Shown here one piece after another: positions 20,983 to 31,260 of a DNA stretch of 64,000 nt. The stretch spans positions 1,728,001-1,792,000 of the forward strand of contig CBDCCI010000002.1 of the NCBI GenBank assembly GCA_965214705.1, in the 5' to 3' direction. Made by a program: the position numbers and the translations under genes. The first letter of the stretch is position 1, and each line of letters starts with the position of its first letter. Origin of the DNA: Alphaproteobacteria bacterium (lineage in GTDB: Bacteria > Pseudomonadota > Alphaproteobacteria > UBA828). The notes under the pieces were generated by a model that saw only the letters and a program-made list of their open reading frames with translations, did not search any database and was not told the origin of the DNA.

Positions 20983-21777
20983 ATGCCTGCGACGCTGCTC
21001 GGGCCCGACGATCCGCCGCCCTTCGAGACCCTCAACGAGGGGAGCACATCGCGCGTGTTGCTGGTGTGCGACCACGCGAGCTGCCGGGTTCCCGCCGCGC
21101 TCGACGACCTCGGCTTGAGCGAGATCGAGCGCACCGAGCACATCGGCTGGGATATCGGGGCAGGGGCCGTGGCCCGGCGGCTTTCGGCGCTGCTCGACGC
21201 GCCGGCGATCCTCGCCGGCTATTCCCGCCTGGTGATCGACTGCAACCGGCCCGTGGGCGCGCCGGACAGGATCCCGCCGGTGAGCGACACGGTGCCGGTG
21301 CCCGGCAACATGGACCTCGATCAGGCGGCAGTGGATGCGCGGATTGCCGAAATCTTCGAGCCCTATCACGACGCGATCGCCGCTGCGCTGGACCGCATGG
21401 CCGCTGCTGACCAGGTGCCGTTTCTGGTAGCGGTCCACAGCTTCACGCCGCAGCTTGTCGGCGGCGATCCGCGGCCCTGGGAGATCGGCATCTGCTGGGA
21501 CAAGGACCAGCGCATGTCGACGCCCTTGATCGAGCGCCTGCGGACGGAGGGGCTCGTCGTCGGCGCCAACGAGCCTTACGACTTCGGGGTGCTCACCGAC
21601 CACACGCTGCCGGTTCACGCCGAGCGTCGCGGGCTCCCGTCGCTGCTCATCGAAATCCGCAATAACGAAATCCGCACGTCGGAGGCGGTGGAGGCCTGGG
21701 CGGAGCGCCTCGCCGGCCACATCCGCGCGCTGCTCACGCTGCCAGAGGCGCAGCGCCTGGAGTACGTCTTGGTCTGA
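20983..21777 (+). CDS. N-formylglutamate amidohydrolase family protein
   Basis: LVCDHAS, HIGWDIGA, SRLVIDCNRP, VHSFTP, NEPY, LIEIRN. Confidence 0.9.
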   Translation: MPATLLGPDDPPPFETLNEGSTSRVLLVCDHASCRVPAALDDLGLSEIERTEHIGWDIGAGAVARRLSALLDAPAILAGYSRLVIDCNRPVGAPDRIPPVSDTVPVPGNMDLDQAAVDARIAEIFEPYHDAIAAALDRMAAADQVPFLVAVHSFTPQLVGGDPRPWEIGICWDKDQRMSTPLIERLRTEGLVVGANEPYDFGVLTDHTLPVHAERRGLPSLLIEIRNNEIRTSEAVEAWAERLAGHIRALLTLPEAQRLEYVLV

Positions 21778-21816
21778 CGCCGGTGCGGCGCCCGATTACT
21801 CGTAGGGGAGTGGATC

Positions 21817-22771
21817 GATTATGTTGCGCCGGTGGTTATGTTGCGGCCCGGCGCTGGGCGGCGCAGCTGCACGCGCTTTGCGGTTTCTCGGCAACATAAC
21901 CTCAGTCCCGCGGGGAGGGTCGCGTGATGCCGCGCGACGCTTCCGAGCTGGCACGGCGCCTCGCGCGCGACGCCGAGGCGGTCTGCCGCCACTATCTGTC
22001 GAAGGGTCGGCGTCAGGGCCGCTACTGGATGGTGGGCGACGTGCGCAACACGCCCGGCCGGTCGATGTACGTGCGGCTGAGCGGGCCGGAGGCCGGCCCT
22101 GGGGCCGCCGGGCGCTGGAGCGATGCGGCCTCGGCCGAGCACGGCGACCTGCTCGACGTGATCCGCGAGAGCTGCGGGCTCACGGAGTTCCGCGAGGTCG
22201 CCGAGGAGGCGCGGCGCTTCCTGTCGCTGCCCCGGGCCGAACCGCCGGTCGCGTCAAGAGCGCCCGCCCCGAGGGGCTCGGCCGAAGCTGCGCGCAGGCT
22301 CTGGGCGATCGCCAGACCGATCGCCGGCACGCTGGCCGAGGCGTACCTGCGCAACCGCGGGATCGTACATCTGACGAGCTGCGAAGCGCTCCGCTTCCAT
22401 CCGCGCTGCTGGTATCGCCCGGATGGGCATGCGCCGACCGAGACCTGGCCGGCGATGATCGCCGCCGTCACCGACCTCTCGGGCGCGATCACCGGCGTGC
22501 ATCGCACCTGGATCGCCCCGGACGGGTTGGGCAAGGCGCCGATCGATACGCCGCGACGCGCGATGGGCGACCTTCTCGGCCATGCCGTCCGGTTCGGTGC
22601 GGCCGGCAACGTCCTCGCCGCCGGCGAAGGCATCGAGACGATGCTGTCGCTGCGATGCGCGCTGCCCGCCATGCCCATGGCGGCGGCGCTCTCGGCGAAC
22701 CACCTCGCCGCCCTCGAACTGGCTGCCGGTCTGCGACGGCTCTACATCGCGCGAGACAACGATCCCGCAGG
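21817..22771 (+). repeat. Left 955-bp terminal inverted repeat of the RIT element
   Basis: Reverse complement of 55995-56949; starts with repeated ttatgttgc motifs typical of RIT ends. Confidence 0.92.
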
Positions 22772-22970
22772 CGATACGGCGGTCGCGGTGCTCACCGAAC
22801 GAGCCGAAGCGGCCGGCATCGAAGCGCTAGCCCTCGCTCCGCGCCTCGGCGACCTCAACGAGGATCTGCAAGCGTTCGACTTGGGCGCCGTCCGCGCATT
22901 TGTGCGCATCCAACTCGCCCCCGAGGACGCGGTTCGCTTCATGCGCCGGCGGACAGTTGGGACGGGGTGA
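21924..22970 (+). CDS. Toprim-domain primase-like protein (conjugative-element type), variant 1
   Basis: AEAYLRNRGI, LRFHP, GVHRTW, Toprim AGEGIET...ARDNDPAG...DLNEDL. Confidence 0.85.
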   Translation: MMPRDASELARRLARDAEAVCRHYLSKGRRQGRYWMVGDVRNTPGRSMYVRLSGPEAGPGAAGRWSDAASAEHGDLLDVIRESCGLTEFREVAEEARRFLSLPRAEPPVASRAPAPRGSAEAARRLWAIARPIAGTLAEAYLRNRGIVHLTSCEALRFHPRCWYRPDGHAPTETWPAMIAAVTDLSGAITGVHRTWIAPDGLGKAPIDTPRRAMGDLLGHAVRFGAAGNVLAAGEGIETMLSLRCALPAMPMAAALSANHLAALELAAGLRRLYIARDNDPAGDTAVAVLTERAEAAGIEALALAPRLGDLNEDLQAFDLGAVRAFVRIQLAPEDAVRFMRRRTVGTG

Positions 22971-22994
22971 CCGAGGCCGGTGCCCCGTCGCCGC

Positions 22995-23272
22995 TTACAA
23001 CGCCTTCAGGAAGGCCATGAGGTCCTTGTCCTCCTTCCATGACCGAGCGGGTCGCGGCTGGCCCACCTCGCACATCGCGACGGCGTTGGCCTTCAGCGTC
23101 AGGTCGATCTCGGTATAGATGTTGGTCGTGCTGATCGAGACGTGTCCGAGCCAGGCACGGATGGTGTTGATGTCCACATCGGCGAGGGCCAGGTGGCAGG
23201 CCGTGGTGTGCCGGATCACGTGCGGCGTCACCGTCCGATCGGCCAGTTCCGGGACCTGGGCCGCACACCGCT
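22995..23272 (-). pseudogene. RitC tyrosine recombinase, 3' half
   Basis: TPHVIRHTTACHL...WLGHVSISTTNIY...LMAFLKAL* (RitC-type C-terminus). Confidence 0.88.
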
Positions 23273-24244
23273 CGGCGCACCTGCGGTGCTAAGTATCTGA
23301 CTAAGGGTCGCTTTTTCTCCCGCATATTGTTGCATCCGGACGGATCGGTCAACGCCCGGTTCCCCGGCTGCAACCGCAACCGGGAGAGAGGATATGCCCA
23401 AAACCAACCTCACCGACGCCCGCATCGGGGCGCTCAAGCCCCGCAAGGCCGCCTACGACGTCCGCGACGGCAAGCTCAAGGGTTTCGGCGTCCGGGTGCT
23501 GCCCTCGGGCGGCAAGCGCTTCTTCGTCCACTGCCAGCATCGCGGCAAACGAGTGTGGAAGATCGTCGGAGACGCCGAGGCGGTCGGCGTGATCGAGGCG
23601 CGCTCGCGCGCGAGCGGGATGCTGGCCGCGATCGGGCGGGGCGACACCGCGCCGCCCCGTCCCGAGGAGGCGCTCTTCGAGGCCGTCGCGGAGACCGTAT
23701 TCCGACAACACGAGCGGACATGGAAGCCGCGCACGCTCGCTGTCAACCGGGGCTACCTCCGCAACCAGATCATGCCCCATTTCGCGGGGCGCAATGTCGC
23801 CGATATCGACCGGCGCGAGGTGCGCGACTGGTTCGCATCGCTGGCCGCCACGCCGGCTGCCGCCGACAGGTCCATGCCGATCCTCTCGGTCATCATGCGC
23901 GAGGCGGAACGGATGGGGCTGCGGCCCGAGGGCTCCAACCCATGCCGGGGCATCCGGCGCTACCGCCGCAAGGGGCGCGAGCGGTTCCTGTCGGACGACG
24001 AGATCCGGAGGCTCTCCCGGGCGCTCGCGGCGCACGCCGAGGCGTGTCCGGGGCAGGTCGCCGCGATCCGCCTGCTCCTTTTGACCGGATGCCGCAAGAG
24101 CGAGATCCTGACGCTGCGCTGGTCCGACTACCGCGAGGGCCGCCTGTTCCTGCGCGACTCCAAGACCGGACCGAGGACCGTCTGGCTGTCCGCGCCCTCG
24201 CGGGCCGTCCTCGACGGCATCGCGCGGACCGGCCGTTGGGTCTT

Positions 24245-26907
24245 GAACGAAGCCGCTACGCGGAGTTAGCGGCGTAGAGTTCATTCATTTCCGAGGCGTC
24301 GCGGGTGCCGTTTGTTCTGTGCGTTCGCTTCCCGGTTGCGTCAGTGGCGCTCCGCCCGTCGGGTGGCGGATCCCCAGCAGCCTCCCGATCACCAGTGGTT
24401 AGTATCGACCCCTGCGACGGACCGTCGCCGGATCGGTCCGGCGGCGCGCCGTCGCGATCCAGGGAGATCGATAATGACCGGGACCGCGTGCGACACGAAC
24501 ACCGTCACCCCTCTTCGCCAGCGCATGGAGGAGCAGCTCCGCATCGCCAATCTGGCCGCGAGCACGTCCAAGGCCTACATCTGCGAGATCAAGAACCTGG
24601 CCAGGTACTACGACGCCTCGCCGGACGAGCTCGACGCCGAGCAGGTGCGCCAGTGGTACCTGGGGCGGATCGACAAGGGGCTCAGTCCGGGCACGACCAA
24701 CGTCTCCTTCGCCGCGCTGAACTTCCTCTACATCGACACACTCGGCTGGCCTGACCATGTCGCCGGCCTGCGCTCCCGCAAGAAGCCCGGCAAGCTGCCG
24801 CGCTACATGTCGGAGCAGGAGGTCGAGCACCTCATCCTTGCGACACCCGACCTCCGCCACCGTGCTGCCATTGTCACCGGCTATGGCGGCGGGCTCCGCA
24901 TCTCCGAGACCTTGGCCATCAAGGTCGGCGACATCCTGTCGGAGAAGAAGCTGCTGCACATCCCCTCCGGCAAAGGCGGCACCGAGAGAATGGCACCGTT
25001 GCCGGACATCGTCATCCACTACTTGCGCGTCTACTACAGGAACATCTGGCCGCGTCCGACGAGCTGGCTCTTCTACGGCGTCTCGCTCGACAGGCCCATC
25101 GCAACGGAGACCTTGCAGGCCGCCTTCAGGAGGGCGCGCGACATTGCCGAGCTCGACCGCAGCTACACCTTCCATTGCCTGCGCCATTCGGCGGCGACCC
25201 ATCTCCTCGAGCGCGGCGGCGATATCGAGGTGATCCGGGACATGCTCGGCCATCGAAGCGCGAACACGACCCGTCACTACGCCCGCGTCACCGGCAAGAT
25301 GTTCGAGGGCCTCGACCACCCGATCTCAGGCTTCGCAGCGTTGCGCAACTGACGGCGCGTGGAGGCCGAACGCGCGGGCGTGGCGGAGATCTTCCGCCGC
25401 GCCGGCGCCGCTTTCCGTGAGCGCCACAAAGGGCGCATCGACGCCGCCCGGCTCAAGGTCATGGGCGCCATCGAGGCGTGCCGCACCGCCGTGCTCGGCG
25501 GCCACATGTACGCCTGCGAGGGCTGCGGGCGCGAGCATCCGCTCTTCAACTCCTACCGCAACCGCCACTGCCCCACCTGCCAGGGTCTCGCCGCCAACCT
25601 CTGGAGCGAGGAGCGCGCCGGGGACATCCTGCCGGTGCCCTACTTCCATGTGGTCTTCACCCTGCCCAAGGAGGTTGCCGCCATTGCCTTCTGCAACCGC
25701 AGGGTGGTGTTCGACATCCTCTTCCGGGCCGTCGCCGAGACCCTGCGCACCATCGCCGCCGATCCCCGCCACGGCGGCATGCGCATCGGCGGCACCGCGG
25801 TCCTCCATACCTGGGATCAGAAGCTCCGCTTCCACCCGCACCTGCACGTGGTCGTGCCCAACGCGGGCTTCGACGTAGACAGTGGCGAGTGGAAGACGGG
25901 GAGCACCACCTTCCTCGCCCCCGTCAAGGTCCTCGGCAGCCTGTTCCGCCGCCTCTTCCTCGAGGAGCTCGCCCGCGCCCACGGCCGGGGGGACCTGGAG
26001 TTCCACGGCACCCTCGCCCACCTCGCCAATCCCGGCGAGTTCCACGCCACGCTTGCCGCCGCCCGGGCCAGGGACTGGGTGGTCTACGCCAAGCGGCCCT
26101 TCCGCGGGCCTGAGCAGGTCTTCCGGTACCTCTCGCACTACACGCACAGGATCGCCATCTCCGACAGCCGCATCGTCTCCTTCGACGGCGAGACGGTCTC
26201 CTTCCGCCACCGAAAGCCCAAGGCGCCGGGGCAGAGAAAGCCGCGCTACGGCATCGCCACCGTGAGCGCCGACGAGTTCATCCGCCGCTTCCTGAGGCAC
26301 GTCCTGCCGGACGGCATGCACCGCATTCGCTACTTCGGCATCCTCGCCAACGGCTGCCGCGCCAGCACGCTGGAGAGAGCACGCCAGGCTCTCGGCGCCC
26401 TCGGCTGCGCCGCCCCCGAGGGAAGCGTGGACGGCGCTCGGGCCGAGCCCGACGAAGAGCCCGAGATCGGCACCGCGCCCGTGGCCTGCCCCCACTGCGG
26501 CGGCGTCATGCGCCTCGTCCGCGAAATCCGCCGCCGCCATGAGCCCCGCTCGACGCGCGGCCCGCCGGCGCTGCCGCCGACCCACAGGGGGAAACCGTGA
26601 GACGCCCGCTCGCTTCGGCCCCGCGCAACGGCGCCAAAGCGCCGACGCACGACCGAACCTGTCTCCGCTTGAGCCGGGCTGACAGCCCTCGGCTCACACC
26701 CCGCTCAGTCCTCGCAGCGTGCGCCCGCATGCCTGCCGAAAGACCGGCGCGAGCGTCGATTTTATGCGCAACTCTGCTGCCGGTGGATGCCGCCTGACGC
26801 TGACATCAGCGCACTTTCCACATAGCTCAACTTCGCCTCTCGTGGCCCGCGGCTTCGTTCAAAAGGGTTGGGCAGGCTCTCGAGAGAGAGCCTGCCCAAC
26901 CCTTAAC
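24245..26907 (+). mobile_element. YR-HUH element copy C (recombinase 24474..25352, transposase 25359..26600)
   Basis: Near-identical to copy B; C-to-Y change in the zinc finger (NSYRNRHC); last base displaced to 29006 by IS1634. Confidence 0.92.
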
Positions 26908-28999
26908 CCGAACTTCCAGTGTGGGATAGTCAAAGAACCGTTGTGCGGCAGGGGTTTCGGCGAGTTTCGAAGCGACGATTACTGGACAGGTTTGGCGGTG
27001 GTCATCCCCTTTTCGGTGAGCGCGGGCGCAGGATGGGGCCGCAGCCCGAGCAATGCGAACGCCCTTTCCTGCAGTTCGGTCGGCTTGGTCAGGGCGGGCA
27101 CGGCGAAGTCGGTTCCGGTGGCGATCTCAGTGGCAGCAAGCGTGCCGAGATGGCCGAGGAGATCGCGGAAGTCGCACACCGCAAGTCCATCATCCGTCTT
27201 TCGGCGCTTGTCCTTGCGCCGGGCCTTTTCCGAGCGTTCCGGCGGCGCCACCGGGTTCGCGGACAGCGGCGCTCCGTCCTCCTCGGCGAACAGCAGCGGC
27301 GCCAGCCTGCGGCGCATGTGCCACTCGACATACCAAGCCAGCATGCAGATCAGAAGATGCGCCCGTACTCGGTCGTCGCGCCAGTGGAAGATCGGGCGGA
27401 TCCGCAACGACACCGTCTTGAGCGAGCGGAAGGCGCGCTCGACGCGTGACAGGCTCTTGTAGACGCGGACCGCCTCGACGTCCTCGATCTCGTCCTCGTC
27501 CACGTTGGTGCGTATGACGTAGAGACCGTCGAGGGCGGCCTCGGCGTCGATCGACGCCCGGTCGCGTTCGCAACTGAAGGTGCCGCTGCCCTCGTCGAAT
27601 TCGAAGCGGAAGTGCTTGGCCATCTTGCGGCGGCGCAAGGTTCCCAGCCGACGGTTCAACTCGTCGCGGTCGATGTCGCCGGCGGCGTGGCGCGCGGCGA
27701 AATCGCGCGCGTCCGTCTCGGTCGCATTGAGCAGCCCGTCGCGGTTGCGCTTGCGCTCGGCCGCCAGAACCGGGTTGTAGCAGACGATCAGCCTCTCGCC
27801 GGGATAGTCCGGCGTGGTCACCCGCGCGAGGCCCCAGGTGTCGAACAGGCCGGGCGTGACATGCCCCCGGTCGACGAGCTTGCGGATCGAGGATGCGCGC
27901 AGCGCCGTGATCCAGTCGATGCCGTTGGGCGCGAGGTCGCGGTCGATGCGGGTCTGCGCGATCATGCCGCGGTCCCCCACCAACACCACCCGCCGGATGC
28001 CGAAGCTGTCGCGGACCTTGCGCACCTGGCTGGCCAGAGTCATCGGGTCGCCGGTGTTGCCGGCGAAGGCCTCGATCGAGACCGGACAGCCATCGCGGGT
28101 GCAGAGGAGGCCGTAGACGATCTGCGGGCGGTCGCCCCGGCGATCCCTCGAATAGCCGCGCTTCGCCATGGGGCAGGCGTTGCCCTCCATGTAGCTCGAG
28201 GACACGTCGTAGAGGACGAGATCGTCCTCTCCGAGATGGCGCCGGGCGAGCTTGCGCTCGATCGCGCCCTGTCGCGCGCCCAGCCAGTCCATGGCGGCGT
28301 AGAGTTCGTCGACGCTGACGCCTTCGACGCCGAGCAGGGCGGCGAGGGTGGTTGTGCCGGCCGCTCCCAGTTCGCGCTCGACGCGCAGCTTGGCGCCGGG
28401 CCGGATCAGGCGGGCGACGATCATGGCGATGACGAGGGCCCTGCGGCGATCGGGCCGGTGGAAGATGACGCGGTCGAGGCCGATGTCGCGAAGGGTGCCG
28501 AGAACGGCGCTGACGGCGCCGTGCGCCCGGCTGGCGCGCAGTTCGACGTCGGCGCTGTCGGGATTGAGGGCGGGTCCGCGCTTGAGGGCGCGTTTGAGGG
28601 CTTCGATGGCGTGTTCCGGGAGGGCGGAGAGGTTGCACAGGGTGCGCTTCTTGGGTTTTCCGTCCTGCCAGTAGGACTGTCTGAGGAGGTGGCAGCGGGA
28701 GTTTCCGGACCGGGTGGTTTCGATGTGCATATCGATCTGCCTAGCGAATCGCGGCAATCATATCGGAAAGGCTTGGGAATGCGGAGCAATTATCGTAACG
28801 AGAAAACTATCTACTGACTAGTATTCAGGTTTTGGTGGATGCGCCGGGACGGCGTGATCCAGCGCTGGAGCGCCGAATCGCGGCGGTTTCGGCGATCATT
28901 TCGGGAATTTCGCGCCAAACCGGGCGCTAAACTGCGCAGAAAGGGCGGAAACAGGCAAAATCCGGCCAGATCGGCAATCAGATGCTAACGGAAGTTCGG
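26908..28999 (-). mobile_element. IS1634-family element; transposase 26979..28730
   Basis: IRs ccgaacttcc / ggaagttcgg; 6-bp TSD cttaac; YDVSS, GYSRD, VGDRGM, VERAFRSLK, RPIFHW. Confidence 0.93.
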
Positions 29000-29281
29000 C
29001 TTAACCTTCCGTCGCCGCATACCGGACGCGCGCACTGCGAACACTGGCTGGACAGATTCTGGTGGCGCATCCGGGCGGAGGCCGATCTCGGCGACGCCCG
29101 TCTTCACGATCTCCGCCATACCCATGCCAGCATCGCGCTGCGCGAGGGCGAGACCGTGCTCGCCATCGGCAGACTGCTCGGACATGCCGATCCGGGGACC
29201 ACCCTCAAGTATGCCCACCCGGCCGACGCCATGACGCGGCAGGCCGCCGAGACCGTCGGCGCCGTGCTGGGGAGCTGAGCC

Positions 29282-30442
29282 GTGCCGGCAAGGGAACGCA
29301 GGAAGCTCACCGACGACGCCGTCGCAGGTCTCCGCCCCCGCGCGCGGGAGTATGCCGTCTGGGACAAGAGCGTGCCCGGCCTCGGGGTCCGGGTCCGTCC
29401 GAGCGGCGGAAAGACCTGGGTTCTGCTGGAGCGCGCCGGGGGGCGCTCCAGGCGCGTCTCCCTCGGCCCGGTCTCGACCAGGACCGTGGAGCAGGCGCGG
29501 CGGGAGTGCCATGAGCGCCGGGCAAGCCCGGAGACGGACAAGCCCGTCCGTCCGGCGCCCGCCGCCCCCCTGTTCCGGGAGTTCGTGGAGGGTCCATGGA
29601 AGGAGGCGATTTTCGGGCGCTGCAAGCCCGCGACCGGGAAGTCCTATGCCTGCCTGCTCGATACCCGCCTCCTCCCCGCCTTCGGCGCGACCCCGCTCGA
29701 GCGCATAACGCCTGCGCAGGTCAGGCGCTGGTTCGACGCATTCAGCTGCGCCGCGCCCGGCAACGCCAACAATGCGCTCAAGCTGCTTCGCTCGATACTC
29801 AACCTCGCCATCGCCCGCGGCCTCCTCGACAGCAACCCCGCGCAGGGCATCGCGCCCAACCGCCGGCCGCCGATGACGCGCTTCCTGTCGCGCGAGGAGA
29901 TCGCGCGTCTTCACGCCGTCCTCGACGAAGAGGCCAAGCGGGGAGAGCGGTTCAGGCCGCAGGCCGACATCGTCCGCCTGCTGCTTCTCACCGGATGCCG
30001 CAGGGGAGAAATCGCCGGGCTCCGCTGGTCCGAGGTCCAGGGCGGCGCGCTGATGCTTGCCGACAGCAAGACCGGGCCGAGAAAGGTTCCCCTCAACGCC
30101 CAGGCCAGGAGCATCCTGGACCGCCAGAAGCGGGGAGAAAGCCGGTTCGTGTTCCCTTCGCCGCGCGATCCGTCGCGGCCGCGCGGGTCCGAACTCTCTC
30201 TCTGGTACCGGGTCCGCCGCAAGGCCGGCATCGAGGACGCGCGCCTTCATGACCTGCGCCATACCGTGGCGAGCCACGCCGTGATGAACGGCGTGCCGGT
30301 CCCTGTCGTCTCCCGGCTGCTTGGCCACTCCAATTCGCGCATGACGCTCCGCTACGCCCACCTCGGCGACCGCGACATCGAAGCCGCCGCCGAGAGGGTC
30401 GGAAAGGCCATCGCGGACACCATGGGCATGCAGGCTCGGTAG
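29282..30442 (+). CDS. Arm-type tyrosine integrase (second of pair)
   Basis: Paralog of 11593..12738; TGCRRGE, DSKTG, HDLRH, LLGH, TLRY. Confidence 0.92.
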   Translation: MPARERRKLTDDAVAGLRPRAREYAVWDKSVPGLGVRVRPSGGKTWVLLERAGGRSRRVSLGPVSTRTVEQARRECHERRASPETDKPVRPAPAAPLFREFVEGPWKEAIFGRCKPATGKSYACLLDTRLLPAFGATPLERITPAQVRRWFDAFSCAAPGNANNALKLLRSILNLAIARGLLDSNPAQGIAPNRRPPMTRFLSREEIARLHAVLDEEAKRGERFRPQADIVRLLLLTGCRRGEIAGLRWSEVQGGALMLADSKTGPRKVPLNAQARSILDRQKRGESRFVFPSPRDPSRPRGSELSLWYRVRRKAGIEDARLHDLRHTVASHAVMNGVPVPVVSRLLGHSNSRMTLRYAHLGDRDIEAAAERVGKAIADTMGMQAR

Positions 30443-30557
30443 CCGCGAGGCGAAAGTCCCTTCGCGTTCCACTCGCCGCGCGACCGGCCGCGCCGACCGT
30501 GCATACGTCGGCCGCGTTAGCGCATGCGCAGATAGAGGAAGACACCGGAGCTTCACC

Positions 30558-30710
30558 GTGATCGAAATTGACACCGGGATCGATCGCGGCACCTGCGCCT
30601 ACGAGACCGAGGCCGAGATCCTCGCCTGCCTGGCGCTCGCGCGGCTGGCGCCCGACCGGGTGAAGATCGTCCAAGACGTCTCCGAATGCACGTCCCTTGG
30701 CTCTTGGTGA
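30558..30710 (+). CDS. Small hypothetical protein (50 aa)
   Basis: GTG start after ggag; MIEIDTGIDRGTCAYETEAEILACLALARL... Confidence 0.35.
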   Translation: MIEIDTGIDRGTCAYETEAEILACLALARLAPDRVKIVQDVSECTSLGSW

Positions 30711-30821
30711 TCGGCTGCGCCGACGCCCCCCCCTCGGCCGCCGCCCGCCGGCTGGTTTGGGATCCCGTCATTGGGCATCCGCGATGCCCGACACGGGGGT
30801 TCGCAGACCGCGGGCGCCGCT

Positions 30822-31142
30822 TCACCGCAGAGACGGCCCGGGCATGAGCCCGGCCGGCCCGTTGCCGATCGACTTCTTCAGCTTCTGCGACGCGCGGAAC
30901 ACCACGACCCGGCGCGGCGATATCGCAGCCGGTTCACCGGTCTTCGGGTTGCGGCCCATGCGCGCCTTCTTGGCCCGCACGGCGAAGCTGCCGAAGCCGG
31001 AGATCTTCACCGGCTTCCCGGCGGACAGCCGCTCGGCGACGGCCTCGATGACGGTATCGACAAGCGCCGCCGCCTCGTTGCGCGGCAGCCCGATCTCGTG
31101 GTGGACCGCGTCTCTCAAGTCGGCCCGCTTCAGCGTCGCCAT
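30822..31142 (-). CDS. ihfA: Integration host factor subunit alpha-like protein
   Basis: VKISGFGSF..RAKKARMGRNPKTGE...ISPRRVVVFRASQKLK; RBS gaggtg. Confidence 0.88.
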   Translation of the reverse strand: MATLKRADLRDAVHHEIGLPRNEAAALVDTVIEAVAERLSAGKPVKISGFGSFAVRAKKARMGRNPKTGEPAAISPRRVVVFRASQKLKKSIGNGPAGLMPGPSLR

Positions 31143-31260
31143 GCCAGCACCTCCCTCAGGTTCGCCGACACCCTAGCCGCGCCGCCTTTGCGATCAAGCG
31201 GAATGCGGGCTAGTCCAGCGCCACCTGATCGGCCCAATCATGGCTGGTAATCGTAGACCA

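Larger units (their letters stand above)
23394..29278 (+). pseudogene. Arm-type tyrosine integrase (first of pair) split by YR-HUH copy C and IS1634 (23394-24244 + 29007-29278)
   Basis: ...ARTGRWV resumes as PSPHTGRAH...HDLRH...LLGH...TLKY; paralog of 12742..13866. Confidence 0.9.

Noticed and set aside
15961-26907. Composite transposon of copies B and C carrying the amidohydrolase genes
   Set aside because: B and C each split a different gene whose halves flank them, so they are independent insertions
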